Below, piece after piece: positions 29,609-39,420 of a stretch of 64,000 nucleotides of DNA. Source of the stretch: Thermoguttaceae bacterium (lineage in GTDB: Bacteria > Planctomycetota > Planctomycetia > Pirellulales > Thermoguttaceae); assembly GCA_040772845.1 (NCBI GenBank), contig JAXGXG010000001.1, positions 1,470,211 to 1,534,210 of the forward strand, given 5' to 3'. Position 1 is the stretch's first letter, and each line of letters opens with the position of its first letter. The position numbers and the translations under genes were made by a program. The notes beneath the pieces are model-generated. The model saw nothing but the letters and a program-made list of their open reading frames with translations, searched no databases and was not told the DNA's origin.

Positions 29609-29822
29609 GAAGCTGGAAGCTGGGAGTTGGAAGTTGGAAGTTGGGAGTTGGAAGTTGGAAGTTGGAAGTTGGAAGTTGGAAGTTGGAAGTTGGAAGTTGG
29701 AAGTTGGAAGTTGGAAGTTGGGAGTTGGGAGTTGGGAGTTGGGAGTTGGGAGTTGGAAGTTGGAAGTTGGGAGTTGGGAGTTGGGAGTTGGAAGTTGGGA
29801 GTTGGGGTTGGGGGTTGGGCTG
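29607..29822. repeat. Heptanucleotide microsatellite (TTGGRAG)n, about 30 units, G-rich on the plus strand
   Basis: ggaagttggaagttgggagttgg.. read directly. Starts at the epimerase stop codon and ends about 80 bp before the DUF1611 start. Contains GGGAGTTGGGAGTTGGGAGTTGGG (G3N4 x >=4) near 29720-29750 and 29769-29819. Confidence 0.9.
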
Positions 29823-29901
29823 TTGACAAGGCGACTGGTTGCCAAGACAATCAAGAACCGTTTACAGAGAACGCCATATTCGATCACGCTGCAGACTTGC
29901 C

Positions 29902-30939
29902 ATGCCCGATACGCCCCGACAGATGGTCATCCTGACCGATGGTTTCAGCGATTCGTACGCCGCAAAGACGGCCATTTGTGTCATCCGCTATCGCCCCGAC
30001 GAGGTGGTCGCCGTTCTCGACGGTTCATCGAGCGGCAAGACGGCTGGCGAACTGCTGGGAGTCGGCGGGGCAATTCCCGTCGTCAACCGCCTGGCCGATG
30101 CCCACGGCGCCAATACGCTATTGATTGGCATCGCGCCTCCGGGCGGCAAGCTGCCTGCAGCCTGGGAGCCGATCGTCCTCGACGCCCTCAAGCGGCGAAT
30201 GACCGTAGTTTCCGGATTGCATGACCTGCTGCGGAACAATGCCCGGTTCGTCGACGCCGCCGAGGAATACGGCGGAACGCTGGTCGACCTGCGAGATAGC
30301 AACGAGTCGGACGTCGCCTCCGGCGAACCGTTCCGCGACGGATGCCTGCGTATCCACACCATCGCCAACGACTGCAGCGTCGGCAAAATGGTTGCCGCCG
30401 TGGAGTTGGCCGACGGTCTCCGTCGTGCAGGTGTGGATGCCCAGTTCATCGCCACAGGGCAGACGGGAATGCTGGTTGCCGGCAACGGGTGCGCCGTCGA
30501 TCGCGTGATTTCGGACTTTGTACCGGGCGCGGCCGAAAAACTCGTGCGCGCCAACGAGCATCATGAAGTCGTGGTGGTCGAAGGCCAGGGGAGCCTGTTC
30601 CATCCCCGGTATTCGGGCGTAACGCTCAGCCTCTTGCACGGCGTCCAGCCGGATGGCATGGTGCTGGTCTACGAAATGGGGCGCACGTTCATCCACGGCA
30701 TGGAGCCGCGTCCCATACCGCCGCTTCGACGTACGGTGGAATACTACGAGGAAACGGCTTCCCTTCTGCATCCTTCGCGTGTGATCGGCATAGCCGTCAA
30801 CGGTCGCCGCTTCAACGACGCGGAGGTCCAAGCGGAATGCGCCCGTGTGGAAAATGAGCTCGGCGTGCCCACCTGCGACGTCATCCGCCACGGACCAGCT
30901 AAGCTGGTCGAGGCCGTACAAGCCATGCGCAAAGCATGA
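29902..30939 (+). CDS. DUF1611-family protein (Rossmann-like N-domain; family linked to D-glutamate N-acetyltransferase DgcN)
   Basis: MPDTPRQMVILTDGFSDSYAAKTAICVIRYRPDEVVAVLD.. Start taken at the second Met; the ORF-track N-terminus from 29839 is Arg-rich. Confidence 0.55.
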   Translation: MPDTPRQMVILTDGFSDSYAAKTAICVIRYRPDEVVAVLDGSSSGKTAGELLGVGGAIPVVNRLADAHGANTLLIGIAPPGGKLPAAWEPIVLDALKRRMTVVSGLHDLLRNNARFVDAAEEYGGTLVDLRDSNESDVASGEPFRDGCLRIHTIANDCSVGKMVAAVELADGLRRAGVDAQFIATGQTGMLVAGNGCAVDRVISDFVPGAAEKLVRANEHHEVVVVEGQGSLFHPRYSGVTLSLLHGVQPDGMVLVYEMGRTFIHGMEPRPIPPLRRTVEYYEETASLLHPSRVIGIAVNGRRFNDAEVQAECARVENELGVPTCDVIRHGPAKLVEAVQAMRKA

Positions 30940-30985
30940 GACGGCAGTGCCACGTGGCACTGTCGTTTCGACAGTGTTTTCTTCC
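30940..30985 (+). terminator. Rho-independent terminator after the DUF1611 gene
   Basis: 13-bp near-perfect palindrome ACGGCAGTGCCAC/GTGGCACTGTCGT then a T-rich tract (ttcgacagtgttttcttcc). The ACGGCAGTGCCAC core recurs at about 31104-31116 near the end of the convergent flotillin gene. Confidence 0.5.
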
Positions 30986-31177
30986 TGCGACGGACCTTGC
31001 TCGTTCGATTTACGAAGAACCACGGTGCGATGAGCGTCCCCCCTGCGCAGAAACGGACCCCGGCGCCCCTGCACTACAAGGAAACGGAAGAACATTCACT
31101 GCCGGGACGGCAGTGCCACCGGGTGACTGTCCCTGCCGGGTGGGGCGTGATGTGTGCCCCGCAAGGCATCAGGAAAA

Positions 31178-32824
31178 CTAACGCTTGCGCGATACGACCT
31201 CTTGCGCCTTTTCCGCCTGCGACGACTCGACCGGCGTTTCGTCGGGCGTCGATTCGGGCTTGCCGTTCGAACTGCGACCGCCGGCAAGTTGGGCCAGCGT
31301 TTCGGGGATTTCGATCCCGCCGATGTCCTTCATCACCTGCATCATGGGCGGCAGGGTGTGCGCCATATTGTGCAGCCAGTTGGCAGTCGAGCTGCTGCCG
31401 TCTTTTCCGCCCCCTTCCCAAACGACGATCTTGTCGAACTTGATATTGGAGATCGCCTGGGCCGAGGCCTCGACCAGGTTGTCGAAGTGTTCGAGCATCA
31501 TCATCTGGAACGCCTGCTGGGCGCCGCCGCAGGCGTTGACGATTTCGCGCAAGCCATCGCCCTTCTTTTTAAGGATTTCGTACTGGCCGCGGGCTTCGGC
31601 TTCGAGCTTGGCGAAGATTGCGGACGCCTCGCCTTCGGCCTCGATACGGCGTTTGGCGGCTTCGGCCTCGGCCTCCACCTGGATGCGGGCCTTCTCGGCC
31701 TTGGCAGGTGCTTCGACCTCGGCGCGGCGTTTCGCTTCAATTTCTTCGGCCTCGGCGAGAGCGGCCTTGGCAAGGGCGCGGTGCTCGATTTCCAACACGG
31801 CTGCTTCGGCGGTTCGCTTCTTCGACTCGCCGATCTGGTAGGCCTCGGCCTTCTTCACCTGCAACGACGCTTGCGATGCGGCAATGACGGCCCGGGCCTC
31901 GTTTTCGCCTTCGACGGCCTGGGCCTCGGCATCGGCCATTCGGACACGCATGTCGCGTTGGGCGTTCTTGACCTGAGCCTCGCGTTCGAACTTGGCCGCT
32001 TCCTCCCGAACGGTCTGCTCGCGTTCCATATCGGCAATGCTCATGGCCTGATCGCGTTGCGCCTCGCGGGTGCCGATCTCGCGGACCTTGGTGGCATTGG
32101 CCACCTGGACGGCCTTCTCGCGTTCGGCGTCGGCCACGCGGATTTCGCCCATTTTCTCGTTGTCGGCCACGTCGCCGCGCGCCTTCTGGATGGCAAGCGA
32201 CGCCGCCTTCTGGCCAATCGCCTCGATGTAGCCCGACTCGTCCGTAATGTCGGTAATGTTCACGTTGATCAGTACCAAACCGATCTTCAGCAACTCCGGC
32301 TCCAACGATTCCTGAATGCTGCTGAGGAACTTGTCGCGGTCCCGGTTGATATCCTCGATAGCCATCGACGCGATCACCTGCCGCAACTGGCCGAAGATGA
32401 TATCTTCCGCCTGCTTCTTGATCTCGGACGTGGTCAGTCCGAGCAAGCGGATGGCCGCGTTGTGCATCAGCTCGGGCGTCGTACCGATAGCCACGGTGAA
32501 CACGCTGGGCACATTGACGCGGATATTCTCCATCGACAGGGCGCCGCGGAGCGGGATTTCGATTTGCATGGGCTCCAGGCTGAGCCATCGATAATCCTGC
32601 AGCAGCGGGACGACGAACTTCGCCCCACCGTGGATGCATGCGGCCGACTTTCCCGTTCCGGCCTTGCCGAAGATGACCAGGACCCGGTTGCTCGGACACC
32701 GTTTGTAGTATTTTGTGGCCACGACCATCATCATGGTGAGCAGCCCGATCACGAGGGCGGCCGAAATGATCAGGACCGTCATCAAGGTATCGTCGGCAGC
32801 CGCCAGAAGCGTGAAGTCAAACAT
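31178..32824 (-). CDS. Flotillin-like SPFH/band-7 protein (FloT/YuaG-like)
   Basis: Start at MFDFTLLAAADDT.. with N-terminal TM, SPFH domain, then a long Ala/Glu-rich coiled coil (EAEAEAAKRRIEAEGE). The upstream 130 codons of the track ORF are not coding. Overlaps the NfeD-like gene by 8 nt. Confidence 0.8.
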   Translation of the reverse strand: MFDFTLLAAADDTLMTVLIISAALVIGLLTMMMVVATKYYKRCPSNRVLVIFGKAGTGKSAACIHGGAKFVVPLLQDYRWLSLEPMQIEIPLRGALSMENIRVNVPSVFTVAIGTTPELMHNAAIRLLGLTTSEIKKQAEDIIFGQLRQVIASMAIEDINRDRDKFLSSIQESLEPELLKIGLVLINVNITDITDESGYIEAIGQKAASLAIQKARGDVADNEKMGEIRVADAEREKAVQVANATKVREIGTREAQRDQAMSIADMEREQTVREEAAKFEREAQVKNAQRDMRVRMADAEAQAVEGENEARAVIAASQASLQVKKAEAYQIGESKKRTAEAAVLEIEHRALAKAALAEAEEIEAKRRAEVEAPAKAEKARIQVEAEAEAAKRRIEAEGEASAIFAKLEAEARGQYEILKKKGDGLREIVNACGGAQQAFQMMMLEHFDNLVEASAQAISNIKFDKIVVWEGGGKDGSSSTANWLHNMAHTLPPMMQVMKDIGGIEIPETLAQLAGGRSSNGKPESTPDETPVESSQAEKAQEVVSRKR

Positions 32825-33485
32825 CGTTGTTCCTTTCTGAATCGAGAAGTGGCTCCACCCGTACGGTGGTTGGTGTAACAATATCAACAACGACAATCCC
32901 GGCGCCCGTGGGCAAGGCCGCTCCGGCGGTGGTTGCCAGGTATTCGACGGTGCGCGACTGCATGTTGATCTGGACTTTTCCCATGCCGGACTCGTTGGCT
33001 GGAATCCGGAGATAGACGCTTCCATGTCGGCCGAGCGCGTTCGCAATTCGCACCGTGCCGTCGGACCGCAGCGAGTAGAGGGTAGCGAACATCCAGTAGA
33101 CGCTGTACATGGCCGCGGCCCCGGCCAATAGCGCAACGGCCCACACGACAAACGGGCCGGCGCCGGTGCTCTGGGCGCCAAGTCCGCCCAGGCCGAAGAA
33201 CGTGATGCCGGCAACCAGTGTTCGCACGGAGATCACGCGCACGCCGGTCGCCGTATCGGCATCGTGCGTGTCGCCCACGCCGTCGTGACCGGCGGAAACA
33301 TCGACATGGTCCGTCGTGCCCAGGTCGTGCGTCCCCACATCGTGCATTCCGAAATCGTGGCCCCCAAGATCGTGCGCCACATCGACGCCGCCGGAATCGG
33401 CATCGGCGCCAATCAAGGTAAGCACAATCTGGAATACGAGTACCACCCCACCCAGAACGGCACAGAACAGAAAGAGCGTATACAT
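32817..33485 (-). CDS. NfeD/YuaF-like membrane protein (flotillin partner) with His/Asp-rich repeat insert
   Basis: Two N-terminal TM helices, repeat HDLGGHDFGMHDVGTHDLGTTDHVDVSAGHDGVGDTHDAD, more TM, C-terminal OB-fold-like tail. Operon order NfeD then flotillin as in yuaF-floT. Confidence 0.6.
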   Translation of the reverse strand: MYTLFLFCAVLGGVVLVFQIVLTLIGADADSGGVDVAHDLGGHDFGMHDVGTHDLGTTDHVDVSAGHDGVGDTHDADTATGVRVISVRTLVAGITFFGLGGLGAQSTGAGPFVVWAVALLAGAAAMYSVYWMFATLYSLRSDGTVRIANALGRHGSVYLRIPANESGMGKVQINMQSRTVEYLATTAGAALPTGAGIVVVDIVTPTTVRVEPLLDSERNNDV

Positions 33486-33688
33486 GGCCGCGACTCCCTT
33501 CCAATCAGAGCAGTCCCCTCACAACCTGAAAATCCACAGCAGAAGCCAGCAAAAATCCCCCCCTGCACCCGTTGCTCCCAAAGGCTTCAGCCGTAACAAT
33601 AACACACGATTTGCGAGAATGCACTCGGTCCAGCCGTATATTCGCTTTGGAATCAGGAATCTTGCCATCGCTGTTGGGGGGTAGACGC

Positions 33689-34654
33689 ATGAATTCGTTA
33701 TGGGAAGCCCGTCGCAGGCTCGATCGGCGAAAGGCACTTTCTATTGGGGCCGCCCTACTGACTTCCCCGTTTGCCTTCGGGCAAGTACAACCCACGAACG
33801 GTTCGCCCCCTGTCAAAGAACCTTGGATCGACGCGCATTCGCACCTCTGGACGCGAGAGATCGACCGTTTCCCCCTCCGCGATGGCGTTACCGTCGATCA
33901 ACTCAGTCCGCCCAGCTTCACCGACGACGACCTAATGGCCGTCGCCCAACCGGCAGGTGTGGGCCGAGTCGTACTGATCCAGCACTACCCCTATCACGGG
34001 TGGGATCTTTCCTATTTACTGGACGCATGTCGGCGGCATCCGGAGCGATTTCGGATGGTCGGTATGATCGATGACCGGTTGCCGGAACCGGGGAAGCGGA
34101 TGCGTGAGCTGCTCCGGCGCGGTGTCACCGGGTTTCGCATTGGCTCCGGTTCCGGCCGGCCGGACTGGCTTGCCTCCGACGGCATGCACGTCATGTGGCA
34201 AACTGCGGCCGAAACACGACAGCCCATGTGTTGCCTGATCAACCCGTCGGATCTTCCGGCCGTCGCTGCCATGTGCAGGCGGTATCCGGAAACGCCGGTT
34301 GTCATCGATCACTTTGCCCGCATCGGCATGACAGGCACGATTGAGGCGGGCGACCTGAGGAACCTGTGCGCCCTGGCGCGGTTCCGCCACATCTTCGTCA
34401 AGCTGTCAGCATTCTATGCGTTGGGCAAGAAGCGTCCGCCACACGACGAGTTGATTCCCATGATCCGGCGGCTGCTCGACGCGTTCGGTCCGGATCGTCT
34501 GATGTGGGCAAGCGACTGCCCCTACCAGTTGGGCGGCGAGAGCAGCTACCAGTCGTCCATCGGGCTCATTCGCGACCGCATGGACTTTCTCACGCCAGAA
34601 GATCGCTGCCGGTTACTCAAGACCACCGCCGAAACGGTGTTCTTCTTCCGCTAG
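33689..34654 (+). CDS. Amidohydrolase-2 (TIM-barrel metal-dependent hydrolase) with Tat/Sec signal
   Basis: MNSLWEARRRLDRRKALSIGAALLTSPFAFG signal; IDAHSHLW (HxH metal site); ..DHFAR.. and ..WASDCPY.. of PF04909-like enzymes. Confidence 0.7.
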   Translation: MNSLWEARRRLDRRKALSIGAALLTSPFAFGQVQPTNGSPPVKEPWIDAHSHLWTREIDRFPLRDGVTVDQLSPPSFTDDDLMAVAQPAGVGRVVLIQHYPYHGWDLSYLLDACRRHPERFRMVGMIDDRLPEPGKRMRELLRRGVTGFRIGSGSGRPDWLASDGMHVMWQTAAETRQPMCCLINPSDLPAVAAMCRRYPETPVVIDHFARIGMTGTIEAGDLRNLCALARFRHIFVKLSAFYALGKKRPPHDELIPMIRRLLDAFGPDRLMWASDCPYQLGGESSYQSSIGLIRDRMDFLTPEDRCRLLKTTAETVFFFR

Positions 34655-34670
34655 AACCAAGAATGCTCGG

Positions 34671-36068
34671 TCACCTGCAACGACGCCGACAGGGCAGGAT
34701 CGCGGCAACCCCGATCACCAGAAGCACGATGGCGGACGGTTCGGGAATGGGAGACATAGCGCCGCCATACCAGGCCAAGGCGAAGTCGGTGCCGGCATCC
34801 ACGCCGGGGATTAGAAACGCGTACCGGCCGGCAGCCAGATCCTGCGCGTAGATATGTTCGACATTGTCAACCGTGCTTGCACTGTAGTCGAGCTGGGTAT
34901 TCAGAGTAAACCCGTCAGCCGACCAGAGTTCGAGGTCCAGATTGGCCAAGTGCGACTGTGGCTCGCCCCATCCAGTTCCGGAATCGCCGTCGGTAATCTC
35001 CCGATTCCAGGCAACAATAGCAGAAAGCTCGTCCAGTACCGAACCCGCGCCGATGTCAAAGAACCAAAGCAGATCGTCGCCGGTTGTGGCGCCGTAGTCC
35101 CAGCCCGTCAAGCCGACCAAAGACGATGCACTGGCATCCTGCTCGCCTGCGACGAGCGTATGGTAGCTACGGTAGATGTTCAGTTCGCCGGCTCCATACA
35201 CCTCGTCGATGGGGCGCGTATGGGTGCGGTCCCACGTCGGAAACTCATCCTTCGTAGCTCCGGCCATAAGCAGAGCCTTCACCGTGATCGAGTTGCTCGC
35301 ATTGGCATAGGCCCCGTTACCCGCTGCCGTATCCAGCAAGAAGGCCGCCGCACTCCCAACCATGGGCGTCGCATAGCTGGTGGCTCCGGCCGGTGCAACG
35401 ATATCGGGTTTGACTCGCCCCATTCCGTCGATTGTCGTAAAGCCTGCACTGTGCACGCCATCGCTGCGCCCGACGGAAATCGCGTTGTAGTTGTGCCCCA
35501 TGAGCGAGGGAATGGTTGTCGACGAACCATTGTTCATCCCCACCACTGCAACGTAGTTGTCGCGCTGGATGGTATAGTCAAACCGTCGAATCACGTCGAC
35601 ATCCAACGCAGTGCTCCCCACAGTACCAATCCAGCTATGATTCTGTACATCCTGGGTCTCCACGGCCGGTTCCAAGGAACTCGCCGTCTTCAGAAAACCA
35701 GCTCCGATCCAGTCGTCAGCCAGCCAACTATCGATGTCGACGATACCGCCGGCAATACTCGAAGTGTTGCCGAACAAGTAAGTGCCGACCGTGGTTGCAT
35801 GCCAACTCGTCCCCGAAGCGCCCGACATGAGCGTAATCGTCTTGCCGGTGAACTGGGCATGTGCCGTGTCCGGTGCATAGTAAGGGGAGTTGTCATCGGT
35901 CGATGCCTCGACCATGCTGGCCGTGACGCTTGAACCCGTAGGGATCGCAGCCCCCAGTTCGACTTCGAGATCTGTGTAGCCGATGTCATCCTTCCAGCCG
36001 GCAGAGACCGAGGACACAAAGACAGCAAGGAAGGACAGTACAAGAAACGAGACGGCGTGGCGGTGCAT
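34671..36068 (-). CDS. Subtilisin-like S8 serine peptidase with PEP-CTERM sorting signal
   Basis: Signal peptide; GTSYATPMVGSAAAFL (Ser motif GTSxAxP); C-terminus ..SPIPEPSAIVLLVIGVAAILPCRRRCR (PEP + TM + basic tail). Confidence 0.75.
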   Translation of the reverse strand: MHRHAVSFLVLSFLAVFVSSVSAGWKDDIGYTDLEVELGAAIPTGSSVTASMVEASTDDNSPYYAPDTAHAQFTGKTITLMSGASGTSWHATTVGTYLFGNTSSIAGGIVDIDSWLADDWIGAGFLKTASSLEPAVETQDVQNHSWIGTVGSTALDVDVIRRFDYTIQRDNYVAVVGMNNGSSTTIPSLMGHNYNAISVGRSDGVHSAGFTTIDGMGRVKPDIVAPAGATSYATPMVGSAAAFLLDTAAGNGAYANASNSITVKALLMAGATKDEFPTWDRTHTRPIDEVYGAGELNIYRSYHTLVAGEQDASASSLVGLTGWDYGATTGDDLLWFFDIGAGSVLDELSAIVAWNREITDGDSGTGWGEPQSHLANLDLELWSADGFTLNTQLDYSASTVDNVEHIYAQDLAAGRYAFLIPGVDAGTDFALAWYGGAMSPIPEPSAIVLLVIGVAAILPCRRRCR

Positions 36069-36279
36069 GGCAACCTTCCTTAAACCTATTCCGGGCGCGA
36101 ATCGACACCAGGCGATGAAATACAGCCCTCAGACTCCATTTTCCTTACCTTGCCAGGAAAATCAAATACTTGGGGCGATATTCCGCCATTATGGGGGTGC
36201 GCAAGTAAGTGTACGCCGAGAGAACCGCACCACAACGGCGGCCTTCCGTTCGTCGTCACGGGTTCGCGCTGGGCAACCC

Positions 36280-36975
36280 TCAGTCGATCGCCGTCAGATA
36301 CTTGTGCTTCCAGAGGGGATTGCCGCATACGGGGCAGGCGTCGCCCTGCGCCAGGACTTCGCCGTGACAATCCTGGCAATACGAAATAGGCGGCAGAATT
36401 TCCAACTGCTTGCGACGCAAGGCGGCGGCCGTCTCCGGGTCGTCGAACGCCAGGGCCGTCGCCAACTCCACCGCAAGTGGCATCAGACGGAAGAGAACCA
36501 GTGGCGCCTTGCTCGATTCCGGCAAGATGCCGATCAGCGTGTTGGTTAAGGACAGTGCCCGCTCCTCCGAGGTCTGGGCCAGATACTCGCGCAAACGCAT
36601 TTGAACGGCCGCATCGGTCGCCCGGTCGTCCAGCCGAATCCCGGCCAACCACAGAAGGAACCACTCGTCCGGAGCATCCACGTAGCCGCGTTCGATCACC
36701 GCGGCGGCGGCTTCAGCCGTCTGGTAGATCTCGATCTCCTCGGCCGTCTGCTGCTCCGCCCTGAGGACGGAGACAGGCATCATCATGGAATCCTTGCCTA
36801 CGGTCTGCTGGACATCGCGGTGGATGCGCATATAGAACGCGTCACAGAGTACGTTCAAACCCTGGTTAAGACGATTTGCAACCTGCTCGGCGTCGCCGCG
36901 GTGTCTACGCTGGTTTAGTTCATCGATGGCCGTGTTGAGGCCTTGGTCAAGGTGGGTGGAGTTCATCGAAATCAA
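36280..36975 (-). CDS. Hypothetical protein with C-terminal zinc ribbon
   Basis: 231 aa; ..YCQDCHGEV..ACPVCGNPLWKHKYL; no family recognised. Confidence 0.5.
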   Translation of the reverse strand: MISMNSTHLDQGLNTAIDELNQRRHRGDAEQVANRLNQGLNVLCDAFYMRIHRDVQQTVGKDSMMMPVSVLRAEQQTAEEIEIYQTAEAAAAVIERGYVDAPDEWFLLWLAGIRLDDRATDAAVQMRLREYLAQTSEERALSLTNTLIGILPESSKAPLVLFRLMPLAVELATALAFDDPETAAALRRKQLEILPPISYCQDCHGEVLAQGDACPVCGNPLWKHKYLTAID

Positions 36976-37279
36976 ACACTAGGAAAACAAGGGGAAGATT
37001 AACGTAACTCCTTATTATACCTTATTTTCCGCAACAGGACTATTACCCCATAGGGACTAGTGCCGACACATCCCAATGCCGGAACTCGGGCATAGCATTC
37101 GCCGCGACTGCCGGGGTGCGAGCGAGGGTGCGAGGTCCCAAGCATGCACGGCTGCCGCAGGTCCAGGGTTTCCTGTTATAATGGCAGCGTCTGTGTGCCT
37201 CGGCCGCGTCAACTCGCAATGAAGACCGACCACGCACATGTGCATCGCCTGCCTCAAGCCCCGCCAGGAGAAGTCCCCC

Positions 37280-39370
37280 ATGTCTCGCCTCTTGTTGACC
37301 GTTGCCCTAGGCTTCCTGACCACGCTACCGCTGGAAGCCACCGATCTGTTCGTAGCGCCGAACGGCAACGACACAAACCCGGGCACGCAGGCCGAGCCGC
37401 TGGCGACGCCGGAGCAGGCCCGCGATACGCTTCGGACCATGCGCAAGGCCGGAACGTTGCCGCCTGAAGGCGTTACCATTTGGATTCGCGGCGGTGTCTA
37501 CGCACGTGAAACGTCATTCGAGTTGACCGAGCAGGATTCGGGCACACAGCAGGGACCGGTGGTCTATCGGGCCTTCAAAGGTGAGCAGCCGCGTATCTCC
37601 GGCGGACGTGTCCTGACGCCGACCGACTTCCAACCCGTTACTGATGCGGCCGTTCTCCAGCGGCTTGTTCCGGAAGCACAAGGAAAGGTGCTCGAAGCCG
37701 ATCTCGACAAGCTCGGCGTCGCTCTCCCCAAACCGTGGCCGGACGCTTCCCGAATGATCCCCGGCGCCGAGTTGTTCTTCGATGGGCAACCGATGCAGAT
37801 CGCTCGCTGGCCCAACGAAGGCTGGGTCACCATCGCCGAGGTGATCGATCGAGGCGTTGAACCGCTCGACCTGACGCAGGCGGAACGCGAGAAAGGGGTT
37901 CGCGGCGGCACGTTCGTCTACAAGGAAGACCGGCCGGCGCGATGGCAAGTCGACCAGGGCGTCTGGCTCTTGGGCTTCTGGTGCCACGACTGGTCAAGCG
38001 AGTGCCTTCGCGTCGCATCGATCGATGCCCAACAGCATCGCATCACGCTGGCCGCGCCGCACGCGTACGGCATCGGCCCGTCATCAACCTGGAACAAACA
38101 TCCGCGACGCTATTATGCCCTGAACCTGCTCGAAGAACTCGATGCGCCGGGCGAGTGGTATCTTGATCGCAACGCGAAACGGCTCTATTTCCTGCCCCCG
38201 AGTTCCCTGAAGGGAAAGGAAGTGACGCTGTCTCTGCTCACGGCTCCGCTGGTGTCCATGAAGAACACGTCTCACGTCGTGCTTCGCGGACTCACCTTCG
38301 AGACCTCACAGGGCGGCGGAGTGCGTATCTCCGGCGGAACAAACAATCTGGTCGCAGGCTGTAAGCTGATGAACCTGGCCGATACGGCCGTTGCAGTCTC
38401 CGGCGGCACGGGCCATGGGATTATCTCGTGCGACTTGTGGAACCTCGGCCGCGGCGGGATCAGCCTGGGCGGCGGCGATCGCAAATCGCTCGCGCCCGGC
38501 GAGCACTACGCCGTCAACAACCATATCCACCACTTTGCACGCCTGCAACGGACGTATGCCGGCGGCATCCACCTTCACGGAGTTGGGAATCGGGCGGCGA
38601 ACAATTGCATTCACGACACGCCGCACTCGGCCATTTTCTACGGCGGCAACGAGCATCGGATCGAGTTGAACGAAGTGTACGACGTGGCGCTGGAGACCTC
38701 CGACGTCGGCGCCCTGTACACCGGCCGCGATTGGACCAGCCGCGGCAACGTGGTGCGAAACAACTACATCCACGATCTGGCCAGCATGGAAGGTGTTGGG
38801 ACCATGGGTGTGTACCTGGACGATTGCGACAGCGGCGATGAAGTCATCGGCAACGTCTTCTACAAGGCGGGCCGCGCCGCGTTTATCGGCGGCGGACGCG
38901 ACAATCGCGTTGCCAACAACATCTTCATCGAATGCTATCAGGCCGTCCACCTCGACGCCCGCGGCCTCCGCCGCGCCAAACCCGGCTCCGGCGTACGCGA
39001 CGGCTGGGACCTGCTGGCCAAGGCCGAGGCACTCGACTTCCAAAACCCGCCCTGGAGTACCCGCTATCCCAAGCTCGCCCACGTCATGGACGAAGAGCCC
39101 CTGCTGCCGCTAGGTAACGTTGTCCAGCGCAACGTGGCAGTCGACTGCGACAAGTGGCTCAACGCAGGCGGTGACGTACGCCCCTACCTGGATCGGGTTG
39201 TCTTCCAAGACAATCTCATCCTGGAAAACGAAGACCCCGGTTTCGTCAATCGCGATGCCAACAACTTCCAACTGAAGTCCGACTCGATCGTCTACCGAAA
39301 GATCCCCGGCTTCGAACCCATCCCGTTCGACCGAATCGGCCTATTCCAAGACGAATACCGAACGGAATAG
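37280..39370 (+). CDS. Secreted right-handed parallel beta-helix repeat protein (putative polysaccharide lyase/hydrolase)
   Basis: Signal peptide MSRLLLTVALGFLTTLPLEA; repeated NNxIHD/NNxI turns (NNHIHHF, NNCIHDT, RNNYIHD, ANNIFIE, QRNVAVD) typical of pectate-lyase-like beta-helices. Confidence 0.7.
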   Translation: MSRLLLTVALGFLTTLPLEATDLFVAPNGNDTNPGTQAEPLATPEQARDTLRTMRKAGTLPPEGVTIWIRGGVYARETSFELTEQDSGTQQGPVVYRAFKGEQPRISGGRVLTPTDFQPVTDAAVLQRLVPEAQGKVLEADLDKLGVALPKPWPDASRMIPGAELFFDGQPMQIARWPNEGWVTIAEVIDRGVEPLDLTQAEREKGVRGGTFVYKEDRPARWQVDQGVWLLGFWCHDWSSECLRVASIDAQQHRITLAAPHAYGIGPSSTWNKHPRRYYALNLLEELDAPGEWYLDRNAKRLYFLPPSSLKGKEVTLSLLTAPLVSMKNTSHVVLRGLTFETSQGGGVRISGGTNNLVAGCKLMNLADTAVAVSGGTGHGIISCDLWNLGRGGISLGGGDRKSLAPGEHYAVNNHIHHFARLQRTYAGGIHLHGVGNRAANNCIHDTPHSAIFYGGNEHRIELNEVYDVALETSDVGALYTGRDWTSRGNVVRNNYIHDLASMEGVGTMGVYLDDCDSGDEVIGNVFYKAGRAAFIGGGRDNRVANNIFIECYQAVHLDARGLRRAKPGSGVRDGWDLLAKAEALDFQNPPWSTRYPKLAHVMDEEPLLPLGNVVQRNVAVDCDKWLNAGGDVRPYLDRVVFQDNLILENEDPGFVNRDANNFQLKSDSIVYRKIPGFEPIPFDRIGLFQDEYRTE

Positions 39371-39420
39371 CCGCCAACTCTCAGCAAGCAGCAGGATCGG
39401 ACGCCTCGGGCGCCACATCT

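Noticed and set aside
29607-29822. Possible CRISPR array
   Set aside because: Units are 7 nt with no unique spacers, and there are no cas genes; it is a microsatellite.
29553-30224. ORFs translating the heptad repeat as WKLEVGSWKLEVGS..
   Set aside because: Translation of the (TTGGRAG)n microsatellite in several frames; no start context; the real downstream gene begins at 29902.
31154-32878. 574-aa plus-strand ORF
   Set aside because: Antisense to the flotillin gene; low-complexity G/L/R-rich. Spurious.
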